64,000 nucleotides of DNA from an uncultured Actinomycetota bacterium (GCA_963769445.1 CAVYLO010000001.1:47545-111544); one strand, 5' to 3'; shown: positions 37,822 through 48,906, counted from the stretch's first letter. The notes: generated from the sequence alone by a model not told the origin. Numbers and translations: made by a program.

Positions 37822-38610
37822 ATGCGCATGATTCGAGTCCTCGGCGTGGTGGCCACCGCCGCGTTGTCCTTCGGCCTGTTGACCGGGTGTGGCGACAAGG
37901 AGGAGGCAGCCGGTGGCGACTCATCCTCGGACGCGGTCGCCGCGGCTGCGCTGACGAAGGAGAGCTTCGGCTCGACGATCGGCGACGCGATGATCGCGTC
38001 GGGTTCGGTCCACCTGTCGATGTCGGGCACCATCATGGGCCAGGAGCTCGCGGCAGAGGGTGACCAGAAGATCGGCAAGACGCTCGCCGACAACCAGCTC
38101 GGCTTGACGATGCAGGTGCTGGGCATGGAGGCCGAGATGCGACTGATCGATGAAGTCGTCTACGTCAATCTCGGCGCCCTGACGCAAGGCATGTTCGCCA
38201 AGATCGACCTCAACGACACCAGCGATCCGCTGGTGGAACAGTTCGGGGGGATGGCCGACCAGGCGGACATCGCGGCCCAGTTCGAGAACTTCAAGAGCGC
38301 GATCAGTGGCTTTGAGAAGGCTGGCGAGCCCGAGACGATCGACGGAGTCACCGCGCAGCCGTACACGGTCACGCTGGACGCCAAGAAGCTCGCGGAGGCC
38401 CAGGGTGAGGACCAGGGACAGATCCCCGAATCGTTGGAATCCACGTTCTACGTAGGACCCGACAACCTGCCTCGGCGCCTGATCATCGAGGTGCAGGGCC
38501 AGGCGTTGACGCTCGACTTGTCGAAGTGGGGCGAGTCGGTCTCGATCGAGAAGCCGGCCGACGACGAGATCACCGAATTCGACGTCGGGCAGTTCGCGGC
38601 TGCTGCCTGA
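37822..38610 (+). CDS. Lipoprotein, LppX/LprAFG (LolA-like fold)-like
   Basis: Lipobox LTGC; EMRLIDEVVYV, GEPETIDGV..YTVTLD, SKWGESVSIEKP pattern; TATTCT 6 bp before ATG. Confidence 0.72.
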   Translation: MRMIRVLGVVATAALSFGLLTGCGDKEEAAGGDSSSDAVAAAALTKESFGSTIGDAMIASGSVHLSMSGTIMGQELAAEGDQKIGKTLADNQLGLTMQVLGMEAEMRLIDEVVYVNLGALTQGMFAKIDLNDTSDPLVEQFGGMADQADIAAQFENFKSAISGFEKAGEPETIDGVTAQPYTVTLDAKKLAEAQGEDQGQIPESLESTFYVGPDNLPRRLIIEVQGQALTLDLSKWGESVSIEKPADDEITEFDVGQFAAAA

Positions 38611-38656
38611 CACCGTCCGATTAGGCAGGCGTCCCGGCCTGCCCTAGACTCGGGGT

Positions 38657-38778
38657 GCCGAAGACCGCTGGTCGGCCACTTCTCGAAGTGGCTCGAAGCG
38701 CCCGAGAGGGCGGCCCGCGCAGGTTACGTCAGATGCTTCCCGCGTCCCGTGCCCTGTGCCCGGGACGTTTTTCTTTTC
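38657..38778 (+). promoter_or_regulatory. Ribosomal protein L10 leader with attenuator/terminator hairpin
   Basis: Follows -10 TAGACT (38645-38650); begins CCGAAGACCGCTGGTC, later GCGCAGG; ends CGTCCCG..CGGGACG-TTTTTCTTTT upstream of rplJ. Confidence 0.8.
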
Positions 38779-38833
38779 TGGTGCGGCGATCGGTCACAGC
38801 ACGACTGACCACCACGTACGTGAAAGGAGACCC

Positions 38834-39475
38834 ATGGCACGCCAGGACAAGGCAGCAGCAGTTGCCGAACTCGCGGACAACTTCCGTGAATCCAATGGTG
38901 CTGTACTCACTGAGTACCGCGGTCTCACCGTCAAGCAGCTGCAGGAATTGCGGCGCACCCTCGGTGAGAACGTGAGCTATGCCGTCGCCAAGAACACGCT
39001 GACCAAGATCGCCGCCAAGGACGCGGGAGTCGAGCTCGACGAAGCTCTGCTCACGGGTCCGACTGCCATTGCCTTCATCAACGGTGATGTCGTCGAGGCG
39101 GCCAAGGGTCTGCGTGACTTCGCGAAGGCCAACTCCCCCCTCGTGATCAAGGGCGGCTACCTCGACGGTGCCATCCTGACTCCCGAGGAGATCGCCAAGC
39201 TGGCCGACCTCGAGTCGCGCGAGGTTCTCCTCGCCAAGCTCGCAGGTGGCATGAAGGCCAGCCTCTCGAACGCCGCGTCGTTGTTCAACGCCCCGCTGTC
39301 GCAGGCCGCCCGAGTTCTGGGTGCTCTGCAGGCGAAGGCCGAGGCCGACCCGTCCGTTCTGGCTGCCGGTGCTCCGGCAGCAGCAGCAGAACCCGAAACC
39401 GCTGAGGCGCCCGTCGCCGAGGCTCCGGCCGAGACCGAGGCACCTGCCGACGTCGAGGCACCCACCGAGGGCTGA
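38834..39475 (+). CDS. rplJ: 50S ribosomal protein L10
   Basis: [35 protein letters not shown]; RBS AAAGGAG. Confidence 0.98.
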   Translation: MARQDKAAAVAELADNFRESNGAVLTEYRGLTVKQLQELRRTLGENVSYAVAKNTLTKIAAKDAGVELDEALLTGPTAIAFINGDVVEAAKGLRDFAKANSPLVIKGGYLDGAILTPEEIAKLADLESREVLLAKLAGGMKASLSNAASLFNAPLSQAARVLGALQAKAEADPSVLAAGAPAAAAEPETAEAPVAEAPAETEAPADVEAPTEG

Positions 39476-39528
39476 AGCCCGATTCGATCGGGGCCCCCTC
39501 GGGGCCTCACCACAGGAAGGACGCCACC

Positions 39529-39918
39529 ATGGCGAAGCTCAACACCAGCGACCTGCTGGACGCATTCAAGGAAATGACCCTCATCGAGCTCTCGGAGTTC
39601 GTGAAGGAGTTCGAGGACACGTTCGACGTGACCGCTGCTGCCCCCGTGGCCGCTGCCGCCGCGCCTGCTGCCGGTGGCGCTGCTGCCGGCGAGGCTGCTG
39701 CCGAGCAGGATGAGTTCGATGTCATCCTCGAGGCCGCTGGCGACAAGAAGATCCAGGTCATCAAGGAGGTTCGCACCCTGACCGGCCTCGGCCTGAAGGA
39801 GGCGAAGGACCTCGTTGAGGGCGCTCCGAAGCCTGTCGTCGAGAAGGCGAACAAGGAAGCGGCCAACAAGGCGAAGGAGGCCCTCGAGGCCGCCGGCGCC
39901 AGCGTCACCGTCAAGTAA
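39529..39918 (+). CDS. rplL: 50S ribosomal protein L7/L12
   Basis: [31 protein letters not shown]. Confidence 0.99.
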   Translation: MAKLNTSDLLDAFKEMTLIELSEFVKEFEDTFDVTAAAPVAAAAAPAAGGAAAGEAAAEQDEFDVILEAAGDKKIQVIKEVRTLTGLGLKEAKDLVEGAPKPVVEKANKEAANKAKEALEAAGASVTVK

Positions 39919-39964
39919 TTCGTCCTTGACGATTGACCCGGCTCGTCGCTGACAAGCTGTTGCA

Positions 39965-39997
39965 GAGGTGCCCATCCCCATCGGGGGTGGGCACCTT
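39965..39997 (+). terminator. Hairpin terminator after rplL
   Basis: GAGGTGCCCATCCC..GGGGTGGGCACCTT. Confidence 0.7.
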
Positions 39998-40207
39998 CGC
40001 TATTTGGTCTGCATCGGGCCCGGAAGTGAGGTACGTTACATCGGACCTGTCATGGTTACCTGCCAGTCACTCCGGTGGCTGTCCGCCGTAACCTCGACAG
40101 GTCCGGTTCGTTGAATGTCTGTGCCTCGGATCACACCGAAGGCAACCAAAAAAACTTGTTGATTTGCCGACAGCCGGCAAACCGCGGGACAGCAGGAGGG
40201 GCCCACC

Positions 40208-41155
40208 GTGGGTGTTGAAGTCGTCGTCGAGGGATTGACCAAGAAGTTCGGCAGCGCATTGATCTGGCAGGACGTCTCGTTGACGCTTCCCGCCGGCGAG
40301 ATCTCCGTCATGCTCGGCCCGTCCGGTACCGGCAAGTCGGTGTTCCTCAAGACGCTCATCGGTCTGCTCAAGCCCAACGAGGGCCACGTCTTCATCGAGG
40401 GCGTCGACATCGCGAACTGCTCCGAGAAGGATCTGTACGAGGTCCGCAAGCTGTTCGGCGTCCTGTTCCAGGACGGCGCCATGTTCGGCTCGATGGACCT
40501 GTACGACAACGTCGCCTTCCCGTTGCGTGAGCACACCAAGAAGTCCGAGTCCGACATCCGCACCATCGTCATGGACAAGATGGAGCTCGTCGGGCTGTCC
40601 GGCGCAGAGAACAAGCTGCCCGGCGAGATCTCCGGCGGCATGCGCAAGCGCGCCGGCCTGGCCCGCGCCCTGGTCCTCGACCCCGAGATCCTGCTGATCG
40701 ACGAGCCGGACTCCGGCCTCGATCCGGTGCGCACCTCGTACATCAACCAGTTGTTCATCGACCTCAACGCGCAGATCGACGCGACGTTCCTGATCGTGAC
40801 GCACGACGTCAACACCGCCCGCACCGTGCCGGACAACATCGGGTTGCTCTACCACAAGCACCTGGCGATGTTCGGTCCCCGCGAGATGCTGCTGACCTCC
40901 AAGGAGCCGGTCGTGGCGCAGTTCCTGAATGCGCAGATGGTCGGCCCCATCGGCATGTCGGAGGAGAAGGACGCGGACGAGCTCGCCAGCGAGAAGGGCA
41001 TCGCGATGCCCCCGCTGCCCCCGATTTCTCTGCAGATCGAACCCTCGGACGGCAGGCCCCGTCGCGGCCAGCGCGAGGCCGGAGTCTGGTGCCGCGAGAA
41101 CGGCGTCGTGCCGCCCGAAGGCTCCTTCGAGCGCGAGAACGCGGTTGTCGCGTGA
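40208..41155 (+). CDS. Mce/Mla-system ABC ATPase (MceG/Mkl-like)
   Basis: GPSGTGKS, GVLFQDGAMFGSM, PGEISGGMRKRAGLARAL, DEPDSGLDPVRT, GPIGMSEEKD and a C-terminal extension. Confidence 0.93.
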   Translation: MGVEVVVEGLTKKFGSALIWQDVSLTLPAGEISVMLGPSGTGKSVFLKTLIGLLKPNEGHVFIEGVDIANCSEKDLYEVRKLFGVLFQDGAMFGSMDLYDNVAFPLREHTKKSESDIRTIVMDKMELVGLSGAENKLPGEISGGMRKRAGLARALVLDPEILLIDEPDSGLDPVRTSYINQLFIDLNAQIDATFLIVTHDVNTARTVPDNIGLLYHKHLAMFGPREMLLTSKEPVVAQFLNAQMVGPIGMSEEKDADELASEKGIAMPPLPPISLQIEPSDGRPRRGQREAGVWCRENGVVPPEGSFERENAVVA

Positions 41156-41182
41156 CGTATGTGCGCATGCGGTGGGTGAGTC

Positions 41183-41959
41183 ATGAGCGCTGAGACCATC
41201 GCCAAGCCGGCGCGCGTCGCCGGCAATCTGTTCGCCTTCATGCTCGACGTGGTCGTTGCGCTGTTCCGGCGACCCTTCCAGCTCAAGGAGTTCCTGACCC
41301 AGGCCTGGTTCATCGTCAAGGTCACGATCATCCCGACAGCTTTCGTGTCGATTCCGTTCGGCGCCGTCATCGCCTTGCAGGTCGGCGGGCTCATCAAGCA
41401 GTTCGGTGCGCAGTCCTTCACCGGCTCCGCTGCCGTGCTCGCCGTGGTGCGCGAGGCTGGCCCCATCGCCACGGCACTGTTGATCGCGGGTGCCGCCGGC
41501 TCGGCCATCGCCGCCGACTTCGGTGCTCGCCGCATCCGCGAAGAGCTCGACGCCATGATGGTGCTCGGCATCGACCCCATCCAGCGTCTCGTGGTGCCTC
41601 GCGTGCTCGCCACCATGATGGTGGCTGTCTTCTTGAACGGCTTGGTCACCGTCGTCGGCGTCTCCGGCGGGTACGTGTTCAACGTCATCCTCCAAGACGG
41701 CACCCCCGGCGCGTATCTGGCGTCGTTCACCGCGCTCGCTCAGCTTCCAGACATCTATCAAGGCATGATCAAGGCGTTGATCTTCGGATTCATCGCGGCC
41801 ATCGTCGCCTCCTACAAGGGCATGAACGCCAAGGGCGGCCCCAAGGGCGTCGGTGATGCCGTCAACGAGGCCGTCGTCATCACCTTCACGTTGCTGTTCA
41901 TCGTCAACTTCTTCATCTCGGCCATGTACCTGCAACTCGTCCCACCGAAGGGGATGTGA
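41183..41959 (+). CDS. YrbE A / MlaE-family permease
   Basis: REAGPIATALLIAGAAGSAIAADFGARRIREELDAM, GGPKGVGDAV. Confidence 0.93.
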   Translation: MSAETIAKPARVAGNLFAFMLDVVVALFRRPFQLKEFLTQAWFIVKVTIIPTAFVSIPFGAVIALQVGGLIKQFGAQSFTGSAAVLAVVREAGPIATALLIAGAAGSAIAADFGARRIREELDAMMVLGIDPIQRLVVPRVLATMMVAVFLNGLVTVVGVSGGYVFNVILQDGTPGAYLASFTALAQLPDIYQGMIKALIFGFIAAIVASYKGMNAKGGPKGVGDAVNEAVVITFTLLFIVNFFISAMYLQLVPPKGM

Positions 41960-41962
41960 CCC

Positions 41963-42796
41963 ATGGCTGACACCAGACTTGCGTCCGCAGCCCAGGCACC
42001 TTTGGGCGCGCTCGACAACCTCGGCCGCCAGATGTTGTTCTACATCCGGGTGTTCGCGTCCGTCCCCCGGACCATCAAGAACTATGGCCGCGAGATCGTC
42101 CGCCTGCTGGCCGAGGTCGCCCTCGGTTCCGGCTCGCTGGCCGTCATCGGCGGCACCGTCGGCGTCATCGCCGCCATGTGCTTCTTCACCGGCACCGAGG
42201 TCGGCATCCAGGGCTACGCCGCCCTCGACCAGCTGGGCACGGCGGCCCTCACCGGGTTCGTCTCGGCCTACTTCAACACCCGTGAGATCGCGCCGATCGT
42301 CGCCGGCATCGCGCTGGCGGCCACCGTCGGTTGCGGCTTCACGGCCCAGCTGGGCGCCATGCGCATCAGCGAGGAGGTCGACGCCCTCGAGGTCATGGCG
42401 ATCCCGTCACTGCCCTTCCTGGTCACCACCCGCGTGATCGCCGGACTCGTCGCCGTGGTGCCGCTGTACATCGTGGGGCTGCTGTCGTCGTACTTCGCCA
42501 CCCGACTCACCATCACCCGGATCAACGGGCAGAGCCCGGGTACCTACGACCACTACTTCACGACCTTCCTGCCACCCGTCGACGTCCTGTGGTCGTTCGC
42601 CAAGGTGCTGATCTTCGCGGTCGTCGTGATCCTCATTCACTGCTACTACGGCTACTACGCCAGCGGCGGACCGGCCGGCGTCGGCGTGGCCGTGGGCCTG
42701 GCCGTGCGTACCTCCATCGTGGCCATCAACGTGGTCGACCTGCTCGCCTCCATGGCGATCTGGGGCACGAACGTCACCGTCAGATTGGCGGGTTGA
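41963..42796 (+). CDS. YrbE B / MlaE-family permease
   Basis: REIAP, TAQLGAMRISEEVDALEVM, GYYASGGPAGVG. Confidence 0.93.
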   Translation: MADTRLASAAQAPLGALDNLGRQMLFYIRVFASVPRTIKNYGREIVRLLAEVALGSGSLAVIGGTVGVIAAMCFFTGTEVGIQGYAALDQLGTAALTGFVSAYFNTREIAPIVAGIALAATVGCGFTAQLGAMRISEEVDALEVMAIPSLPFLVTTRVIAGLVAVVPLYIVGLLSSYFATRLTITRINGQSPGTYDHYFTTFLPPVDVLWSFAKVLIFAVVVILIHCYYGYYASGGPAGVGVAVGLAVRTSIVAINVVDLLASMAIWGTNVTVRLAG

Positions 42797-42798
42797 CC

Positions 42799-44229
42799 AT
42801 GCCTCGTACACCTGTGCTCGAACGCACCACGTCGATCCGCGCCCTCGGGGCCGGGTTCATCGCGCTGCTGCTGTTCTTCGTCTGGCTCACCTTCGCGTTC
42901 TTCAACAAGCAGTTCGTCACCTCTGAGCCGGTGTTCATCGCCACCAGCAAGGCGGGCATGAACCTGCCTGAGAACGCCGACGTCAAGCTGCTCGGCGTCA
43001 TCGTCGGCGAGGTGCGCAAGATCGAGCCCGACGGCGACGGCGTCAAGATGACGCTCGCCATGAAGCCGGACCTGCTCGGCGACGTACCTCAGGGCGTTTC
43101 GGCGAAGATCATCCCCAAGACGCTGTTCGGCGAGAAGTACATCTCGCTGATCCCGCCGGAGAACCTGACCGGTGAGTCGTTGAAGGCCGGCACCACCATC
43201 AACCGCGCCGAGGTGCCGATCGAGGTCGAGGAGCTGCTCAACGACCTCTACCCGCTGCTGACGGCGGTCGACCCGGTCAACCTGTCCTACACCTTGAATG
43301 CCGTGGCCGACGCGCTCGACGGACGGGGCGAACAGCTCGGCGACACGCTCGTCACCACCAACAGCTACCTGAAGAAGGCCAACCCCGACGTCCCGCAGCT
43401 GGTCGACGACCTGATCAAGTTCGGCATCGTCTCGGACAACTACGCCGCCGCCATGCCTGATCTCGGGCGCCTGTTGCGCAACTCGGTCACGACCGGCAAC
43501 ACGTTGGTGGCCAAGCGCGCCCAGCTGGCCGCGTTCTTCGACGAGAGCACGGCGCTGTCGAACACGCTGACCAAGTTCACGAAGGCCAATGGCGACAACC
43601 TCGTCGAGCTCGCCTCTGACAGCCGCCCGGTGCTGCAGGTCCTGGCCGATCACTCGCCCACGTTCCCCTGCTTCTTGGCCGGCATGGCTGAGATCATCCC
43701 GAGGCTTGACAGCGCTTTCCGCGACGGGATGCTGCACATCAATGCTCGATTCATTCCCGTCCCGACCGAGTACGAGAAGGAAGAGAACCTCATCGTCAGT
43801 CGCAAGGAAATCAACCGGGCGTCCACTGGCAAGCCGGCCAAGAACGGCAAGGACATCAACGCGCGCAATGCGGCCGTGCCGAGCTGCCTGGATCTGAAGG
43901 AGATCGTCGGCGACGAGGATGCGCGCAAGCGGTTCTCCTCGCAGGAGAACCCCTTCGCCGTGCCGCCCGAGGTCTACAAGCTGGTCAACGTCAGGTCGGA
44001 TCACAACAAGTTCGGTGAACCGTCCGACTTCAACCGCTCGGCACCTGCCTCGACCAGCATGCAGTCCTTGGTCCAGCCCAGCATGGGCGGCCTCGACAGC
44101 CCCTTCGAGCGCGCAGCCCTCAACACGCTGATCGGTGCGCGCGCCGGTGTTCCGGTCGACCAGGTGCCCGACGTCGCGTCCCTGATCATCGGACCCTTGC
44201 TGCGTGGATCGGTGGTGAGCGTCGAATGA
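42799..44229 (+). CDS. MCE-family protein A
   Basis: N-terminal TM, ADVKLLGVIVGEV, KTLFGEKYISL; ATG 2 bp after the yrbEB stop. Confidence 0.9.
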   Translation: MPRTPVLERTTSIRALGAGFIALLLFFVWLTFAFFNKQFVTSEPVFIATSKAGMNLPENADVKLLGVIVGEVRKIEPDGDGVKMTLAMKPDLLGDVPQGVSAKIIPKTLFGEKYISLIPPENLTGESLKAGTTINRAEVPIEVEELLNDLYPLLTAVDPVNLSYTLNAVADALDGRGEQLGDTLVTTNSYLKKANPDVPQLVDDLIKFGIVSDNYAAAMPDLGRLLRNSVTTGNTLVAKRAQLAAFFDESTALSNTLTKFTKANGDNLVELASDSRPVLQVLADHSPTFPCFLAGMAEIIPRLDSAFRDGMLHINARFIPVPTEYEKEENLIVSRKEINRASTGKPAKNGKDINARNAAVPSCLDLKEIVGDEDARKRFSSQENPFAVPPEVYKLVNVRSDHNKFGEPSDFNRSAPASTSMQSLVQPSMGGLDSPFERAALNTLIGARAGVPVDQVPDVASLIIGPLLRGSVVSVE

Positions 44230-45317
44230 AGCTCTCCCGCGCGTTCGACGCCGAGTCCCTCAGCGCACTGCTCAAGCTCTCGGGCTTCATCGCCGTCACC
44301 GGCGGTTGCACCTTCTTGCTGATGCTGATCCTGGGCAATGGCTCCTTTGCCGCCCGCAACGAGTACAAGGCGGTCTTCACCGACGTCACAGGTGTGGCCA
44401 AGGGTGATGACGTCCGGGTCGCCGGTGTGGCCGTCGGTTCGATCTCGAAGGTGGAGATCGTCAATCGCGACAAGGCCTTGATCACCTTCGGCGTCGACGC
44501 CGACACACCGTTGACGCAGAACACCAACGTGACGATCAAGTTCCGCAACCTGGTCGGTCAGCGCTACCTCGCCCTCACCCAGGGCTCCGAAGGCGCCACG
44601 ACCCTGCTGAAGCCGGGCGCCACCATCGGCGAGGAGAACACCCAGGAGGCACTTGACCTCAACGTGCTCCTCAACGGGTTCAAGCCGGTCTTCCAGGCGC
44701 TGGCGCCCGATGACCTGAACAAGTTCGCCTTCGAGATCGTGCAGACGCTGCAGGGAGAAGCCGGCAACGTCGAGAACTTGCTGGCCACCACGTCCTCGCT
44801 CACCAACACGCTCGCCGGACGCGACCAGCTGATCGGCGACGTCATCATCAACCTCTCCACGGTGCTGGAAACCATCGGCAACCGCGACGACGAGCTCACC
44901 GAGACGATCGAGACATTGCAGCAGTTCGTCACGGGCCTCAAGACCGATCGGAACGCCATCCTCGACTCGATCGACTCCATCTCCGCTCTGAGCAACGAGA
45001 CCGCAGACTTGCTCGTGCAGGGTCGCCCGGCGCTGAGCGAGGACATCAAGCAGCTCAACGCCTTCGCGGGCGGCCTCAGCAAGAAGAAGAACCTCAAGCA
45101 GATCTCCGATTCCATCCAGGTGTTCCCGAAGAAGCTGCAGAAGTACGGCAACGGAGCGTCCAGCGGCTCGGAGTTCAACTTCTACCTGTGCGCCCTCAAG
45201 GCCAACATCGAGCTGACCGAGGCAGAGGCACTGGGCCTTGGTCTCCCCTCGACGACGGTCCCCCTCGGTCCCGAGGACGGCTTCGCCGTCAACGGCGGAA
45301 GGTGCAGCCCGCGATGA
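44226..45317 (+). CDS. MCE-family protein B
   Basis: GDDVRVAGVAVG, RNLVGQRYLAL, ALDLNVLLNGFKPVF. Confidence 0.92.
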   Translation: MKLSRAFDAESLSALLKLSGFIAVTGGCTFLLMLILGNGSFAARNEYKAVFTDVTGVAKGDDVRVAGVAVGSISKVEIVNRDKALITFGVDADTPLTQNTNVTIKFRNLVGQRYLALTQGSEGATTLLKPGATIGEENTQEALDLNVLLNGFKPVFQALAPDDLNKFAFEIVQTLQGEAGNVENLLATTSSLTNTLAGRDQLIGDVIINLSTVLETIGNRDDELTETIETLQQFVTGLKTDRNAILDSIDSISALSNETADLLVQGRPALSEDIKQLNAFAGGLSKKKNLKQISDSIQVFPKKLQKYGNGASSGSEFNFYLCALKANIELTEAEALGLGLPSTTVPLGPEDGFAVNGGRCSPR

Positions 45318-46303
45318 TTCCCTTCCGCGAACGCAACACGGCCGTCATCGGTGTGATTGGTCTGTCCGTCATCGGCGCGCTCATGCTGGCGTCGTTCCGC
45401 GCCGACCGGCTGCCGATCATCGGCAGCGGTGACGTGTACCAGGCCGAGTTCGGCGAGATCGGCGGTCTGAAGGACGGCAACGAAGTCCGCGTCGCCGGTG
45501 TCTCGATCGGCAACGTCAACGGCATCGAGCTCAAGGGCGACAAGGTGCTGGTGTCCTTCAAGCTCGACAAGGGCAGCGAGCTGGGTGACCAGACCACGGC
45601 CGACATCCGGGTCCGCACCCTGCTGGGCGCCGAGTTCCTGGCGCTGCAGCCGGCTGGTCCCAACACCCTCAAGAAGGGTTCGACGATTCCGCTGTCCCGC
45701 ACCGATGCTCCCTACAACGTGGTCGAGGCCTTCGAGCAGCTCAGCGAGGTCGCCGGAGCCATCGACACCGATCAGCTGGCCAGCGCCCTGGAGACGCTCG
45801 CGGACATCGCAGCGGCGACACCCGAGGAGTTCCAAGGAGCGATCAAGGGTGTCTCGAACCTGTCGAGCAACCTTGCAGCGCGCGACGAGCAGATCAACAC
45901 GCTGCTGAAGAGCCTGCAGAAGGTCAGCGCGGCCATCAACTCCAAGGACAGTGAGCTGGTCACGCTCTTCCGCGACTCCGACGTGCTCTTCCGGGCGCTC
46001 GCCGATCGTCGTGAGTCCATCCACCAGCTGCTCGTCTCGACACAGAACATCTCGCGCGAGCTGCGGGCACTGGTCAAGGACACGAAGGCCGATCTCAATC
46101 CGGCGCTGACCCGCCTGGCCAAGGTCACGGATGTGCTCGTCCGCAACAAGGAGAGCCTCGACGAGGCGCTGCGTCAGTTCGGCGACTTCACCACCGTCTT
46201 CTCCAACGCGCTCGGCACCGGCCCGTGGTTCGACACCTACCTCGGAGGGGTGCCCGAGCTCCTGAGCCCCACTGACCTCGTCGGCATACCGGGAGGTGGC
46301 TGA
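45314..46303 (+). CDS. MCE-family protein C
   Basis: PFRERN, GLKDGNEVRVAGV, TLLGAEFLAL, GTGPWFD. Confidence 0.92.
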   Translation: MIPFRERNTAVIGVIGLSVIGALMLASFRADRLPIIGSGDVYQAEFGEIGGLKDGNEVRVAGVSIGNVNGIELKGDKVLVSFKLDKGSELGDQTTADIRVRTLLGAEFLALQPAGPNTLKKGSTIPLSRTDAPYNVVEAFEQLSEVAGAIDTDQLASALETLADIAAATPEEFQGAIKGVSNLSSNLAARDEQINTLLKSLQKVSAAINSKDSELVTLFRDSDVLFRALADRRESIHQLLVSTQNISRELRALVKDTKADLNPALTRLAKVTDVLVRNKESLDEALRQFGDFTTVFSNALGTGPWFDTYLGGVPELLSPTDLVGIPGGG

Positions 46304-46306
46304 ATC

Positions 46307-47523
46307 ATGAGCTTGTCTGATCGTTTCGCAGGACTGTCCAAGATCCTGGCCGCTGCCGTGGCTCTGCTGCTCGTCGGTGCGCTGCTGCTCGCCCTCGGCA
46401 ACCGCGACGGCAAGCGCTACCTGACCGTTGACTTCCCGCAGACCAATTCGCTCTACAAGGGATCGGACGTCAAGATTCTCGGCGTCGCGGTCGGGCGTAT
46501 CGAAAAGCTGACCCCGCGCGGCGACGTGGTGCGGGTCAAGGTGTCCTACGAAGGCGACGTCCGGCTGCCGCAGGACGTCAAGGCCGTCGTGGTGTCGCCG
46601 TCGATCGTCGGCGACCGCTTCGTCCAGCTGGCTCCCGCCTATGGCGGGGGAGAAGCGTCTGAAGAACAATGCGTTCCTCCCGGTGAGCCGCACGGCGGTC
46701 CCCGTCGAGCTCGACACGATCTACAAGTCGCTCGACGACCTGGCGGTCGCACTCGGTCCCGAGGGTGCCAACAAGGACGGCGCACTCAGCCGCCTGCTGA
46801 AGGACACCGCAGGACAGATCGACGGCCAGGGCGCTCAGCTCAACCAGACGATCCGCAACTACGGAAAGTTCAGCCAGACGTTGTCGAACAACAAGGAAGA
46901 GCTGTTCGGAAGCCTGCGGGAGGTCCGCGACTTCGTCCAGCTGCTCAATCGCAACGACTCGACCGTTCGGGCGTTCAACGACAGCACGGCGCGCGTCTCG
47001 ACTGTTCTGGAAGCCGAGCGCCTCGATCTCGAGGCCACGCTGCGTGAGCTGAGCCTCGCGCTCGTCGACGTCAACAAGCTCGTCAAGGACAACCGGGGCA
47101 TCCTGCGCAAGAACGTCAAGAACCTGCGCGTCTTCAGCCAGACCCTGGCCAACCGCACTGATGAGATCGAGAAGCTCACGGTCGCCGCCCCCACGGCCCT
47201 CGTCAACGTGTCACTGGCGTACAACCCGAAGGAAGGCACGCTGGACACGCGCAACAACCTCAGCGAGATCGAGGGTGAGGTCCAGGAGGATCCCGTCGAT
47301 CCTGCTGTGCAATCTCGCGGGCGCGACTCCCGACAGCGACCTGTGCTCGCTGTTCTCCGATCTGATCGGCCGACTCCCGGCACCTCCCAGCGGCGGAGGC
47401 GGTCCGCCCGCGCCGCCTGAGCTCGAGCTGCCTGAAGAACTCTCCGGACTTGGACGTGCGGCTGCTGTCTCGTCGACGAGCCAACCCCACCGGACCATTG
47501 CCCAGATGCTGGCGGTGAACTGA
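46307..47523 (+). CDS. MCE-family protein D (two apparent +1 indels at about 46646-46650 and 47292-47294)
   Basis: LYKGSDVKILGVAVG, PSIVGDRFVQL in frame 1; RTAVPVELD..LGPEGAN in frame 2; Cys/Pro-rich tail in frame 3 ending 1 bp before mceE. Confidence 0.85.
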
Positions 47524-47524
47524 C

Positions 47525-48906
47525 ATGACATGGAACCGACGCATCGCGACCACCGCGACGGCACTGGCTGCTGCCGTGGGCCTCAGCGGCTGTGGCTTCA
47601 CCCCGTACGACCTCCCACTGCCCGGTGGTGCTGACACCGGATCGAATCCGTACGCGGTGACGGTCGAGTTCAACGACGTGCTGGACCTCGTCCCGCAAAG
47701 TGGTGTGCGCGTCAACGACCTCGCGGTCGGCAAGGTCACTGACATCCAGCTCGACGGCTGGAAGGCCGTCGTGACGCTGGAGATCAACAGCGATGCGAAG
47801 CTCCCCGACAACGCCGTGGCGACCATTCGCCAGACCAGCCTGCTCGGTGAGAAGTTCGTCTCCCTCGCGGCGCCGGAGACCGGCGCCTCCGGCAGGCTCG
47901 GCGACGGCGACAAGATCCCACTGGCCCGATCGGGTCGCAATCCCGAGCTCGAGGAGGTCTTCAGCGCGCAGTCCCTCCTGTTCAACGGGGGTGGCCTGGA
48001 GCGGACCAACACCATCGTCAAGGAGCTCGGGCGGGCACTGGACGGCAACGAGCCCGAGATCAAGGAATTCTTGAAGACCACCGATGAATTCCTCGGTCAG
48101 CTGGACGACAACAAGGAATCGCTGCTCACGTCGTTGGAGCAGGTCAATCGTCTGGCCATTGCCACCGACAAGCAGAAGGGCGCGATCACTGGCGCCCTGG
48201 ATGAGCTGCCGGACGGACTGCGGGTCATCAACGGTCAGCGCGACGACCTGGTCGAGCTGCTGCAGGCGCTGGATCGCCTCGGCGACGTCGCCACCGACGT
48301 CATCCGCGAGTCCAAGGCCGACACCGTGGCCAACTTCAAGCTGCTGGTACCCACCTTGCGGAACCTGGCCATCTCGGTGGACGACTTCGCCTACGACTTC
48401 AAGGCCCTGCTGAGCTATCCCTTCGCGGACGGCACCGTCGGCGGATTCCCCAAGGCGCTCGGCACGTGTTCAGACCCGTCCAAGGAGTCAGATGATGGCT
48501 TCTGCGTCGGCGACTTCTCCAACTCTCCATTCGTCTGGATGTCGACTCCAATCAGATCCAGGGCCTGCTGCAGCTGCTCGGCGTGGACCTCTCGGCGCTC
48601 GACGCCCTCCCCTTGGGAGGGGCTGCAGCCTCAGGCGCAGACGAGTCTCCTGCGGGGGCTGGCATCGCCGAGCTGCAGAAGGCCATCGAGGGTCTGACGC
48701 TGCCGGGTCTGGGCGACGCGGTGAAGCCGCCCGCCAGCGGCCCATCGTCAGGTGACACGACCAGCCCGGGTGGCTCCAGCTCTGACGGCGGCTCGGGCGG
48801 CATGCTCTGCGGGTTGTTCGGATCCTGCCGCACCGCTCCCACATCGTTCGACGGCGGATCGGCCGACCTGGCCACCGTCCTCCTCCAGCCGGCGGTGTCA
48901 CCGTGA
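47525..48906 (+). CDS. MCE-family lipoprotein E (LprK-like; apparent missing base at about 48523)
   Basis: Lipobox LSGC, LPLPGG, VRVNDLAVGKV, QTSLLGEKFV; tail continues in ORF 48583..48906, whose stop overlaps the mceF start. Confidence 0.85.
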
